DNA from: Candidatus Thermofontivivens primus
Lineage (GTDB): Bacteria; Sysuimicrobiota; Sysuimicrobiia; Sysuimicrobiales; Thermofontiviventaceae
Direction: 5' to 3'
Assembly: GCA_031458695.1 (NCBI GenBank)
Contig: JAVKJW010000001.1
Span: forward strand, 64,001-128,000
Length of the DNA stretch: 64,000 nt
The notes beneath the pieces are model-generated. The model saw only the letters and a program-made list of their open reading frames with translations, ran no database searches and was not told the DNA's origin. A program made the position numbers and the translations under genes. Below, one piece after another: positions 27,417-35,731 of the stretch (within the stretch, counting starts at the first letter, position 1; the number at the start of each line of letters is the position of its first letter).

Positions 27417-27985
27417 GGGCTTGACCTCCAGAAGGCCAGCACGACCAGGACGAAGGCGATCACGTGGAGCAACGTCCCCACATGGAATGTCGCGGAAGTG
27501 ATGAAGTTGGCCAAGCGCTGGCTCCCTAGGATCGGAGGTGTGAACGGAGGCACCCGGATGGGCGCGTCGGGATCGAGCGTGTGACCGTACAGGTATAAAC
27601 GGTACCACAGATCCAGGATCCCAAGAAGGGCTACGGGCGCGAGGACGATGAGGAGAAAGGGAATCCAGCGCCTGCCCGTCCACGCCGCCACTGTGGCAAG
27701 GAGGGCCACACCCAGGAAGGCTACTGGGATGAGTCGAAGCTCTGGGAAGTCCTCGGGCCGGATCTCCCGCATCCCCACGTAGTGGTTTAAGGTGTTAATA
27801 ATGTCCAGCTTCCCCCTCAGCCCCCAGGCATAGACGGCGAGGGTGAGTCCCTCTGGGTACTGAGGAGCGATGAGCCTCACCTGCCACAGGGGGAAGGCGA
27901 ACGAGAGAAGGACCAGAGCGGCGGAAAAGAGCAAGAGGCGGCGCTCCCACCTCCCGAGCTCTCCGCGCCCAATCCATCCCATCAT
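27392..27985 (-). CDS. nosB: Clade II nos membrane protein NosB
   Basis: PLW..L.APQYPEGL, INTLNHYVGM, YGHTLDPDAPI, PPILG; directly downstream of nosZ. Confidence 0.85.
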   Translation of the reverse strand: MMGWIGRGELGRWERRLLLFSAALVLLSFAFPLWQVRLIAPQYPEGLTLAVYAWGLRGKLDIINTLNHYVGMREIRPEDFPELRLIPVAFLGVALLATVAAWTGRRWIPFLLIVLAPVALLGILDLWYRLYLYGHTLDPDAPIRVPPFTPPILGSQRLANFITSATFHVGTLLHVIAFVLVVLAFWRSSPWRGRSRS

Positions 27986-28090
27986 CCTAGCTCCACCTCG
28001 CTTTTGGAGAGTGTGGTGTCGCGAACACAGGCAGAGGAGGGTGCCCCTTGGGCATCCCTCCCCCTGCCGCTTTGGCCTTTCGTTTTCGTG

Positions 28091-29929
28091 TTACTTCTTT
28101 GGTTTCACCAAAAGGTATCCCTGCATCTCCTGGTGCAGCGCGGAACAGAAGTTGGTGCAGTAGAACGGGTAGACACCTGGTTTTTCCGCTACAATGGAGA
28201 TTGTCTTTGTTTCCCCGGGCTGGATCTCCATGTTCACGTTGTACAGGGAGATCCCAAACCCATGGGTTAAGTCCTCATCCAGGTCGTTATTGGTGATGTG
28301 GAAGAAGACCCGGTCCCCCTGGTTCACTTCCACGTTGTCGGGAACGTAGCGGCTGCGGATGGCGTACATGTAAACGTGGACCTCGTTCCCCTTGCGCTCG
28401 ATGCGAGCATCCTTGGGGCTCCACACCGAATTGGGGCGCTTGGTTTCTTTGGGGTGGATCTCGATGGCCTTGATCTTATCCGCCTTGACGATCTGGGCAT
28501 AGTGGGGCTCGGGGTCGACAGGGGCATCGGCGATGACGCGCATCTTCCCACCAGCGATGTCGATGAGTTGCAGACTCTCAGGATGCGACGGTCCCACACT
28601 CAAGAACCGGTCCTTAGCCATCTTGTTGAGCGAGACCAGGTACTTGCCATCTGGAGAAGCGGAGTCTCCTTCCGCCGCGGCCAAGTGGCCAACGTTGTAG
28701 TTGATCTGCACCTTGTCCACGACCTTCCAGGTACCCAGCTGCCACTTAGCGATGGCGCTGTCCAAGAAGAGGCTCGTGTAGGCGAACCCTTTGTCGTCGA
28801 ACTGGGTGTGGAGTGGACCAAGGCCCACAGGCACCTCGGCCACGCGCACAGATTCGTAGTTGAGCACAGGAAGCCCGCGCACCGTGCCCGCGAAGTCTTT
28901 CTTCTGGATCGCCTCCTGGATCTTGGCGAATTCGTAGACGGTTACCGTGGGCTGGAGCTTGCCACTGGCCACAATGAACCGCCCATCAGGAGAGACGTCC
29001 ACACCGTGTGGGCTCTTCGCCACTGGGATCAGGTACACGAGCCCGGGGACCTTCGTGGGATCCACGACTTTCACTCCGGCGATGGCGGTAAACTTGCCCG
29101 CCTTGACGGCCTTCTCGACTTCTCTCCAGTTCAAGACAATGATGTAGTCGCGGTCGTTCTTGGAGGCGTTCTTCTCGAGCACTGTGGTGGCTTCCTCGGT
29201 GTTGTAGGTGGTGAGGAAAGCCCACCCCTCGCTCACCTTCTTCCCTGCGTCGGAGAGGTCATACTGCCATGGTGGGAGGAGGAGCTCCCACCCTACGCTC
29301 ATCTCCCCGGTCTTCGGATCCACAGCGATGGCTGCAAGCACGCCGAAATATTTCTTCCCGTACTCAGAGAGGGGGGCATAGGTTCCAGTAGGGATGGGGG
29401 CGGAAAAGCGGCTCGGCATCATAAAGTACTCTGTATTCGGGGTGACGAAGGCGGCGCAGTGGGGGCCCATGATGTTCGGCACAGGTCCGAGGATTTGACC
29501 TACGGTGAAGGTCTTCAGGTCAATGCGGGCAACACGGTTGTTGGCATTATCATTGACAAAAAGCCACCGCCCGTCATACTCACCCCTGGTCTCCGAGAGA
29601 GCAGGGTGGTGGACATCACCCCACGTGTACCCTCCAAGCATCCTCTTGGAGTGTTCGTCGTACCCCCACCCTGTGGCGGGATCGGGAGTAAAGACGGGGA
29701 TGGTGCGGATCCGTCGCATGGAGGGAATTCCAAAAACGTAGACCTGTCCGGAATGCCCTCCAGAGGCGAACATGTAATACTCATCGAGCTTACCTGGAGG
29801 GACAAACGCCTTTCCAGGTTCCTGGGCTCCACTCTCCCTCCCTCCCAGCTGAGGAAGGACAATGGCCAAGGCGATGACGACAAGCGTCACCGCTCCGAGG
29901 ATCCCGGCGGACTTCACCCTTCTCCTCAT
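28091..29929 (-). CDS. nosZ: Nitrous oxide reductase, clade II (Sec-type or membrane-anchored)
   Basis: SGGHSGQ; CuZ histidines in DVHHP, GPHC, KSPHG, GPLHT, VGHL and EPHY; CuA ligands THGF and CTNFCSALHQEM; no twin-arginine consensus. Confidence 0.97.
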   Translation of the reverse strand: MRRRVKSAGILGAVTLVVIALAIVLPQLGGRESGAQEPGKAFVPPGKLDEYYMFASGGHSGQVYVFGIPSMRRIRTIPVFTPDPATGWGYDEHSKRMLGGYTWGDVHHPALSETRGEYDGRWLFVNDNANNRVARIDLKTFTVGQILGPVPNIMGPHCAAFVTPNTEYFMMPSRFSAPIPTGTYAPLSEYGKKYFGVLAAIAVDPKTGEMSVGWELLLPPWQYDLSDAGKKVSEGWAFLTTYNTEEATTVLEKNASKNDRDYIIVLNWREVEKAVKAGKFTAIAGVKVVDPTKVPGLVYLIPVAKSPHGVDVSPDGRFIVASGKLQPTVTVYEFAKIQEAIQKKDFAGTVRGLPVLNYESVRVAEVPVGLGPLHTQFDDKGFAYTSLFLDSAIAKWQLGTWKVVDKVQINYNVGHLAAAEGDSASPDGKYLVSLNKMAKDRFLSVGPSHPESLQLIDIAGGKMRVIADAPVDPEPHYAQIVKADKIKAIEIHPKETKRPNSVWSPKDARIERKGNEVHVYMYAIRSRYVPDNVEVNQGDRVFFHITNNDLDEDLTHGFGISLYNVNMEIQPGETKTISIVAEKPGVYPFYCTNFCSALHQEMQGYLLVKPKK

Positions 29930-29978
29930 GGCACTGCCCCCTTTCTGTGCGGGCGGTTGATCCCACCCCATTTCGTTG

Positions 29979-30374
29979 TTATGGCTCGACAATGAGCTGG
30001 CCGACCATGTTCTGGTGGCTTGGACTGCACTTGATGTTGCACTGGAAGGGAAACGTTCCTTCTTCGCTTGCCACGAACTCCACGACCACGGGTTGCCCGG
30101 GGAAGATCAAATCGGTGTCGATGTCGTAATCCAGGAGTTGGAAACTGTGGGTCACGTCGTAGCTCATGAGCTTCAGACGCACCCTCTCCCCTTTGCGCAC
30201 CACGATCCTCGCTGGCTGGAAGCCGCCATGCTCAAAGGTATGGATGATGACGGTGATCTCCCGGACCCCTTCTGGGTGAGGCTTCTCCTTGAACTGGTAG
30301 GCGAAGATCCCCACAGGCAGGAGCACCACGATGGCGAAGACCACAATTGCCGCCACCACATCCGCTCTCCGCAT
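29979..30374 (-). CDS. Membrane-anchored CuA-type cupredoxin (CoxII-like domain)
   Basis: N-terminal TM helix; DVTHSF and CNIKCSPSHQNM (H..C-x3-C-x3-H-x2-M). Confidence 0.85.
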   Translation of the reverse strand: MRRADVVAAIVVFAIVVLLPVGIFAYQFKEKPHPEGVREITVIIHTFEHGGFQPARIVVRKGERVRLKLMSYDVTHSFQLLDYDIDTDLIFPGQPVVVEFVASEEGTFPFQCNIKCSPSHQNMVGQLIVEP

Positions 30375-30425
30375 CCCTTTTCCTCCTTAACCAACGACGA
30401 CAGGCGAGAAGGTGACTGGGTGATT

Positions 30426-31886
30426 CTACCCCAGGTACAGCGCCAGGAACACCAAGGTCCCTCCGATCAGATATGCTGTGAGAGGTACAGACGCTTTCCG
30501 CGCCTGCGCTTCCTCAAAGGTCTTGTGCAAAATCCCCGTACCGACAAAAACCGACCAGGCTAGCCCCACAAGCAACAAGGGGACCTGCAGGTAGGGGACG
30601 ATGCCAGGAGCATAAGGGGTCCAGGGATAGCTCTTCGTCCCGAAGAGGTCCCATCCCCAGCCAAAGGGATCTGACAGCACCGAGACGGCGTAGGAGATGT
30701 TGGGGAGGACGAACGCCAAGCTGAAGGCGATCCACCCGAACAGCCCCAGGGGGACGAGCGCATAACTCGTGTTCACGAAGACTTCAGAGAGGGGCACAGA
30801 GCGGGTTCCAGCAATTTTCCGCACCAGGGCGCTCATCCCCAGGTGAAGGCCTGGGGCAAGGACGAGGATGGAGCCAAGGAACATCCCGGCGTATCCAAGG
30901 AAGCCCCAACCTCCAAGGTTCGCCCAGCTCTTGAGAGTTCCCCACGGGCCGATCATGATGATGGAATACAGGATGGCGCTCCCCAGCATGATGAAGGCCT
31001 TGAACGCTTCGTCAAGTTTCCACCCCTTCTCCACCAGGAGATCCGTCCCGAATGGTCGCAGGTTGATGGTGATGTTCCCATAAGGGCAGGCCTTCACGCA
31101 CTCGGTGCAGAGGAGGCAGTAGGTGTTCCGTTCCATCCCCCCGCCCGGGAACTCGAAGTTGGGACAGCCATACCCGCCGATCCCTCCGACCTTGAGGCTC
31201 TCGGGGGTGCTGCCACGGTAACAGGATTTGAACCGGCACTGGCGGCAGACTTCTGCGTCGATCCGCCGGAGCTCTACGGGAGCAGCCATGGAGTAAAGCC
31301 CTAGGAACCCGCCCACGGGGCAAAGATAGCGGCAGAAGGCCCTGCGCTCGAACACCAGGTGCATGACCACCGCCACGGCCATGAGCCCTAGGAGAAGGAA
31401 CCCTGTCACCACGGGCCGCGTGGTCACAATCGGGCTGAACAGCGCGATGGTGAGGAAGCCGAAGTTGGCAAGCCACAGGTTCCTGAGCTGGCGGGGCCAT
31501 CTCTTGCCAAGGCCTAACCCTTGGCTGACGAAGCTCACGAAACTCTTGCGCTGTAGCCACTCCCCGAAGGCTGGGATGGGGCACATGGCGCACCATACCC
31601 TCGCCCCGAAGGGGACAAGAACGACGATCAAGAGGGCCCACCAGACGATCCAGACGAAGATGATGGAAAAGTTCTTGGCCCCCACGGGGATACCGAAGAT
31701 CCCAGAGAGGATGACGATGGTGAAGGCCAGGAGGTTGGGGACGATGAGGGTAAACTGGAACCACCTTTGGAAGACAAGCCAACGCAGGAAGGGTGCGAGC
31801 TGGAGGAGGTCCCTCTTCCAGCCTATCTTGACAGGCTTTGTTTCCGCGACCCGGGTAACCTTGGCCCCTACCGCCTCGTCGTCCAC
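30426..31886 (-). CDS. Polytopic membrane 4Fe-4S protein (NapH/NosH-like)
   Basis: WCAMCP and FCRYLCP (C-x3-C-P), CRQC..C..CP, CLLCTECVKACP; many TM helices. Confidence 0.85.
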   Translation of the reverse strand: MDDEAVGAKVTRVAETKPVKIGWKRDLLQLAPFLRWLVFQRWFQFTLIVPNLLAFTIVILSGIFGIPVGAKNFSIIFVWIVWWALLIVVLVPFGARVWCAMCPIPAFGEWLQRKSFVSFVSQGLGLGKRWPRQLRNLWLANFGFLTIALFSPIVTTRPVVTGFLLLGLMAVAVVMHLVFERRAFCRYLCPVGGFLGLYSMAAPVELRRIDAEVCRQCRFKSCYRGSTPESLKVGGIGGYGCPNFEFPGGGMERNTYCLLCTECVKACPYGNITINLRPFGTDLLVEKGWKLDEAFKAFIMLGSAILYSIIMIGPWGTLKSWANLGGWGFLGYAGMFLGSILVLAPGLHLGMSALVRKIAGTRSVPLSEVFVNTSYALVPLGLFGWIAFSLAFVLPNISYAVSVLSDPFGWGWDLFGTKSYPWTPYAPGIVPYLQVPLLLVGLAWSVFVGTGILHKTFEEAQARKASVPLTAYLIGGTLVFLALYLG

Positions 31887-31889
31887 GGT

Positions 31890-32345
31890 TTAGGCCTCCT
31901 TCCTCCACCAGGCATAGCCAAGAGCAACCACCCCCACCACCATGGCCAAAAACGCCGAACCCGCCAAGGGGATGTTCGGGCGGACGATGATCTCCCCCAC
32001 CATGAAGGGATGGAGGGGACCGCAGATAGCCGAGCAACGGTACCGGATCTTCCCAGGGCGATTGGCCACGAAGGTGATCTCCGCCTCCTCCTGTGGGGGG
32101 ACCTTTACGTCAATGCCGTAGCCATCGATGTAGACGCCGTGGGTGATATCTTCCGAGCGTACCCGCAGGATCGCAGTATCGCCCAGGTTCACTGTGATCC
32201 TCGGAGGGTCAAAGGCGAACTGCCGAGCAGTAATTTCAAACTCTCGCTCGGTGGGGGCAGGACGGTGCACCCAGGCGAATCCTGCCGCGGCAGCGCCCAA
32301 GACGATGATGGCAATTCCAATAAAGAAAAACCTGTTCCTCTGCAT
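31890..32345 (-). CDS. CuA-type cupredoxin with N- and C-terminal TM helices
   Basis: DITHGV and CSAICGPLHPFM; hydrophobic segments at both ends. Confidence 0.85.
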   Translation of the reverse strand: MQRNRFFFIGIAIIVLGAAAAGFAWVHRPAPTEREFEITARQFAFDPPRITVNLGDTAILRVRSEDITHGVYIDGYGIDVKVPPQEEAEITFVANRPGKIRYRCSAICGPLHPFMVGEIIVRPNIPLAGSAFLAMVVGVVALGYAWWRKEA

Positions 32346-32416
32346 CCTAGCGCCACTATAGATCCAAAAGACGAATTAAGTCTATCGGGGAATTGGAGGG
32401 TTTTTGCATGTGCTTT

Positions 32417-32433
32417 GTAGGGGGAAAGCCTAC
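32417..32433. promoter_or_regulatory. Putative NreC/NarL-type operator upstream of the nos operon
   Basis: Inverted repeat GTAGG-GGGAAAG-CCTAC upstream of a TAGACT -10 element (32379-32384, minus strand) that has no good -35. Confidence 0.45.
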
Positions 32434-32455
32434 TCCAGATCGCGCTCTGGAGGGG

Positions 32456-32475
32456 TGTTGCAACATTTTGTTGCA
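32456..32475. promoter_or_regulatory. Putative NtrC-type operator upstream of the nos operon
   Basis: TGTTGCAACATTTTGTTGCA, containing TGCAACA-N3-TGTTGCA. Confidence 0.6.
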
Positions 32476-32533
32476 GACGACAGCCCACCAAGGTTCTCCG
32501 CCCTTGGGAAAGGAGCATGGAACTCGCGGTCCC

Positions 32534-33871
32534 TTACGTGGGCTTTTGGATCCCCAGCTTTTTCATCTTCCGCCAGAGGGTTGTCCTGTTGACCCCGAGG
32601 AGCTTGGCACAGCGACCGATGCGCCAGTGGGTAGCTTCCAGCATCGCCAGGATGCGCTCCCGCTCGCTGGTAGGAGACCTCGGGTTAGGTTCTCCCTGGC
32701 GTTGCTGAGGACGGGCGTACATGTGGGGAGGAAGGTGGGTGGGGAGGATCTCCCCTCCCCTGCAGAGGGCGAAGGCATAGCTCAGGATACCTTCCAGCTC
32801 CCTTACGTTACCGGGAAAGTCGTAGCTCAAGAGGAGGGAGAGGGCGTCCTGGGAGATCCCCGTGACCGACGGGTTCACCTCTGCCCGCAGGCGGTTCATC
32901 AAGCGCTCCGCCAGGAGAGGGATGTCCTCTTTTCGCTCCCGCAAAGGGGGGACGGCCAAGGTGATCCGTAGGAGGCGATCGGCGAGAGTCCTGTCAAACC
33001 GCCCCTCCTGGGCCAGGGCAGCGAGGTCCCGGCTCGTGCCAGCGAGGAATCTCGCATCGGAGGTGAGGACCTCGCGGCCGCCCACCCTGCTGAATCCTCC
33101 CCCATCGAGGAAGATGCGCAGCCGCTCTTGGAGCTGCGGGGATGTCTCAGCCACGTCCTCCAGGAAGACGCTCCCTCCCCGGCACAGCTCCAGGGCCCCC
33201 GGCCGGCCTGATGTGGCCCCTGGAAAGGCACCCTCCACGAACCCGAATAGCTCCCGCTCAAGAATCACTTCGGAGATTCCAAGGGTTCGCAGAGAGATGA
33301 ACACTCCTCCTGCCTTCAAGCTCATCCGGTGGATCGTCTCGGCTACCCAAGCTTTCTCCGTTCCCGGCTCCCCCAGGATGAGCACGGGCTCCGTGCTGTC
33401 GCGGATGTTCTCGATGGCCTCGTACAATCGGATCATCCCCTCGCTCCGCCCGCACAAGAATCCGAACTCCTTGCGCGTGCCGGCCTCCCTCTCCAGCGCC
33501 CGAAGGGCGGTTACGTCGCGGAGGATGCGCACCGCCGCAACAATGCGTCCCTTCCGGTCTCGCACGGGGACGGTGTGCACGCGGACGATACGGATCCCTC
33601 CGTCCTTGCGGAAGAGGAAGGTCTCGAAGTCGTCGGGGGCCTTCCCCGTCTCGAACATCTCCTGCATGTCGCATGTCCTCTGACAGAACCGCCCCGCGCA
33701 TACCTCAAAGCACCGTCTCCCCAAAGCCTCGTCCTTGCGGTAACCCGTCAGCCGTTCGGCAGCGCGGTTGAACCCTACCACACACAGCTCCCCGTCCACG
33801 GTCATGACCCCGTCCTCCATGGCGTCGAGGACGGATTCATAGCTGACGGTCTCCCGGGCACGCCACAGCAT
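32534..33871 (-). CDS. PAS-AAA+-Fis HTH (NtrC-family) transcriptional regulator with degenerate sigma54/ATPase motifs
   Basis: PAS domain with CFEVCAGRFCQRTC; GEPGTEK, ELFG..GAFPGA, FLEDV, PPLRERKEDI, FPGNVREL; HTH LGVNRTTLWRKMK. Confidence 0.9.
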   Translation of the reverse strand: MLWRARETVSYESVLDAMEDGVMTVDGELCVVGFNRAAERLTGYRKDEALGRRCFEVCAGRFCQRTCDMQEMFETGKAPDDFETFLFRKDGGIRIVRVHTVPVRDRKGRIVAAVRILRDVTALRALEREAGTRKEFGFLCGRSEGMIRLYEAIENIRDSTEPVLILGEPGTEKAWVAETIHRMSLKAGGVFISLRTLGISEVILERELFGFVEGAFPGATSGRPGALELCRGGSVFLEDVAETSPQLQERLRIFLDGGGFSRVGGREVLTSDARFLAGTSRDLAALAQEGRFDRTLADRLLRITLAVPPLRERKEDIPLLAERLMNRLRAEVNPSVTGISQDALSLLLSYDFPGNVRELEGILSYAFALCRGGEILPTHLPPHMYARPQQRQGEPNPRSPTSERERILAMLEATHWRIGRCAKLLGVNRTTLWRKMKKLGIQKPT

Positions 33872-33875
33872 TCCC

Positions 33876-34517
33876 TCATCCCTCCAAGATGCCCTTCATC
33901 AGGGCATACCGGACGAGTTCTGCTCGGCTCTGTAACCCAAGCTTCTCCATGATCCTGGCCTTATAAGCCTCCACCGTCTTGACGCTCAGGTGGAGCTGGC
34001 TTGCGATCTCCTTGTTCCCATAGCCAAGAGCCACGAGGCGGAGCACCTCGCGCTCCCTGGTGCTCAGTTCCTCCCTGCTAGTCCCCCCGTTTCGGATGAA
34101 CGAGTGCACAAGGACATGCGCAAGGGAAGGATCCACATAGACGCCCCCGGCATAGACAGTGCGAATGGCGTGGCACAGCTCGCTGGCAGGGGACTGCTTC
34201 ACCAGGTACCCAGACGCCCCCGCCCTCAGGAGGTAGCGGAGGTAGAGCTCGTCGGCGTGGATCGTGAGGACGAGGACCTTCACCTGGGGAACTGCTTCCT
34301 TGATGCGCTCCGTGGCCTCGATCCCGTTCATCCCGGGCATGCTGATGTCCATGAGGACGACATCTGGCACCAGGGTTTTGCACTTTTCATAAGCTTCCCA
34401 ACCGTTTGAGGCCTCGCCCACCACCACCATGTCGGCCTGGGATTCCAGGAGTGCGCGAAATCCAGCGCGAACCACTGCATGATCTTCGGCAATGAGGATC
34501 CGGATCTTCTCCTCCAT
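33876..34517 (-). CDS. NarL/FixJ-family response regulator (NreC-like)
   Basis: AEDHAVVRAGF, VLMDISMP, GASGYLVK, LSTREREVL..GYGNKEIA..SVKTVE. Confidence 0.93.
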   Translation of the reverse strand: MEEKIRILIAEDHAVVRAGFRALLESQADMVVVGEASNGWEAYEKCKTLVPDVVLMDISMPGMNGIEATERIKEAVPQVKVLVLTIHADELYLRYLLRAGASGYLVKQSPASELCHAIRTVYAGGVYVDPSLAHVLVHSFIRNGGTSREELSTREREVLRLVALGYGNKEIASQLHLSVKTVEAYKARIMEKLGLQSRAELVRYALMKGILEG

Positions 34518-34546
34518 CCTCCCAATCGCCCCTTTCGGGAACACTC

Positions 34547-34563
34547 TGCAACATTCTGCAACA
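34547..34563. promoter_or_regulatory. Second copy of the TGTTGCA operator motif, upstream of the regulator genes
   Basis: TGCAACA-TTC-TGCAACA. Confidence 0.5.
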
Positions 34564-34678
34564 TGATCCTACCGTGGGGATGTGTGTGGGTAAATCCGGT
34601 CCCTGCTGTATTTTGCATCTTCTCTTCCGTACCCGCTGCTTGGGGTGGAAGATTCCTTTGGCTGGGAGGAGGTTCCAT

Positions 34679-34707
34679 TTGCCTCCTGCGATCCTGACTG
34701 CTATAAT
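34679..34707 (+). promoter_or_regulatory. Sigma70 promoter of the thi operon
   Basis: TTGCCT-17 bp-TATAAT with TG extension. Confidence 0.7.
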
Positions 34708-34717
34708 GGATGGCGCA

Positions 34718-34808
34718 AGACGCTGGGGGTGCCCAAAAGGCTGAGAAGGCGGCGTAGAGCCGCCTACCCCTTGAACCTGATCTGGGTAATGCCAGCGGAG
34801 GGAAGCGT
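34718..34808 (+). ncRNA. TPP riboswitch
   Basis: GGGGTGC..GCTGAGA..ACCC..GAACCTGATCTGGGTAATGCCAGCGGAGGGAA, upstream of thiE. Confidence 0.96.
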
Positions 34809-34829
34809 CGCTGTGCAGGAGATTAGACT

Positions 34830-34864
34830 GCCGCCGTCCCTCGGGCACGGCGGTGTTTTCTTTT
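34830..34864 (+). terminator. Intrinsic terminator (TPP riboswitch expression platform)
   Basis: GCCGCCGT/ACGGCGGT stem followed by GTTTTCTTTT. Confidence 0.8.
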
Positions 34865-34977
34865 CATGAGCCTGGCAAAATCGCTTGCGGAGACGTGGGC
34901 AGGGTACTCCCTTGGTTCGTGGGAGCACTTCCCAGTGGCAGGGACGAAAGGGAGTGCGCATAGGAAGCAAGCGCAGG

Positions 34978-35658
34978 GTGAGAGATCTCGTGAGCAACCG
35001 ATTCCATCTCCACCTCATCACAGACCGGAAGCGGGCGAGGGGCGACCTTATCGAATCGGTGCGGAAGGCGCTTGAAGGCGGCGTGGATTGGGTGCAGGTA
35101 CGTGAGAAAACCGCCCCAGCCGCGGAGCTCTATGAGCAGGCCCGGCAAATCCTGGAGATCGCCAAACCACTTGGCGTGGGCGTGCTCATCAACGACCGGG
35201 TTGACGTCGCCCTGGCCCTAGGTGCAAGCGGGGTCCACCTGGCGAAAAAGAGCCTCCCACCACAGGCTGTGCGCCCGCTCCTTCGCCCTGGCCAACTCCT
35301 TGGGAGGTCCGTCCACTCCCTGGAGGAAGCCCTCGCCTTTGCCCCTGTGGTGGATTACCTCACCTTCGGGAACGTCTTCCCCACCGAATCCCACCCGGGG
35401 ATCCCTCCCAAAGGGGTGGAGGAACTGGAAAGGGTGGTGAATGCGGTGGACATCCCGGTGTTGGCCATCGGAGGGATTACCCTGGAGAACCTCGACCTTG
35501 TACTGCAGACGGGGTGCTCGGGGATCGCCGTCATCGGGGCCATCCTCGCCGAAGCAGACCCGAGCGAGGCGGCGCGGCGTCTCCGGGAGGCCCTTGACAG
35601 GTCGGCGTTCCGCCCCCGTATTCCCTTTCTGAAGGCGGAAGAGGTGAAAGATTCGTAG
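34978..35658 (+). CDS. thiE: Thiamine-phosphate synthase
   Basis: LITDR, VQVREK, LINDRVDVA, GVHL, GRSVHS, FPTESH, AIGGI; start codon approximate. Confidence 0.92.
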   Translation: MRDLVSNRFHLHLITDRKRARGDLIESVRKALEGGVDWVQVREKTAPAAELYEQARQILEIAKPLGVGVLINDRVDVALALGASGVHLAKKSLPPQAVRPLLRPGQLLGRSVHSLEEALAFAPVVDYLTFGNVFPTESHPGIPPKGVEELERVVNAVDIPVLAIGGITLENLDLVLQTGCSGIAVIGAILAEADPSEAARRLREALDRSAFRPRIPFLKAEEVKDS

Positions 35659-35681
35659 GGACAGATCCCTGTGATTATCCC
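35655..35681 (+). repeat. Degenerate GTAG-type REP-like palindrome
   Basis: GTAG-GGACAGATC-CCT-GTGATTATCCC at the thiE stop. Confidence 0.35.
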
Positions 35682-35731
35682 ATGCAGGCCCGTGTTTCCT
35701 GCGGATGGAGGAGGTGAAAAGAGGACGAGCG

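Noticed and set aside
29870..29929. MRRR at the NosZ N-terminus as a Tat signal (clade I)
   Set aside because: There is no S/T-R-R-x-F-L-K consensus, and the sequence motifs plus adjacent nosB indicate clade II.
28298..29995. 565-aa plus-strand ORF antisense to nosZ
   Set aside because: Shadow ORF: it mirrors a well-supported gene in a GC-rich genome and has no recognisable motif.
29979..32345. Cupredoxins as cytochrome c oxidase subunit II genes
   Set aside because: No heme-copper oxidase subunit I is nearby, and both genes are embedded in the nos operon.
32346..32533. Sigma54 (-24/-12) promoter for the nos operon
   Set aside because: No GG-N10-GC element in a TGGCAC..TTGC context was found on the minus strand.
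23092..34620. nos cluster as a mobile genomic island
   Set aside because: I saw no integrase, transposase, tRNA or flanking direct repeats, and no obvious composition shift by eye.
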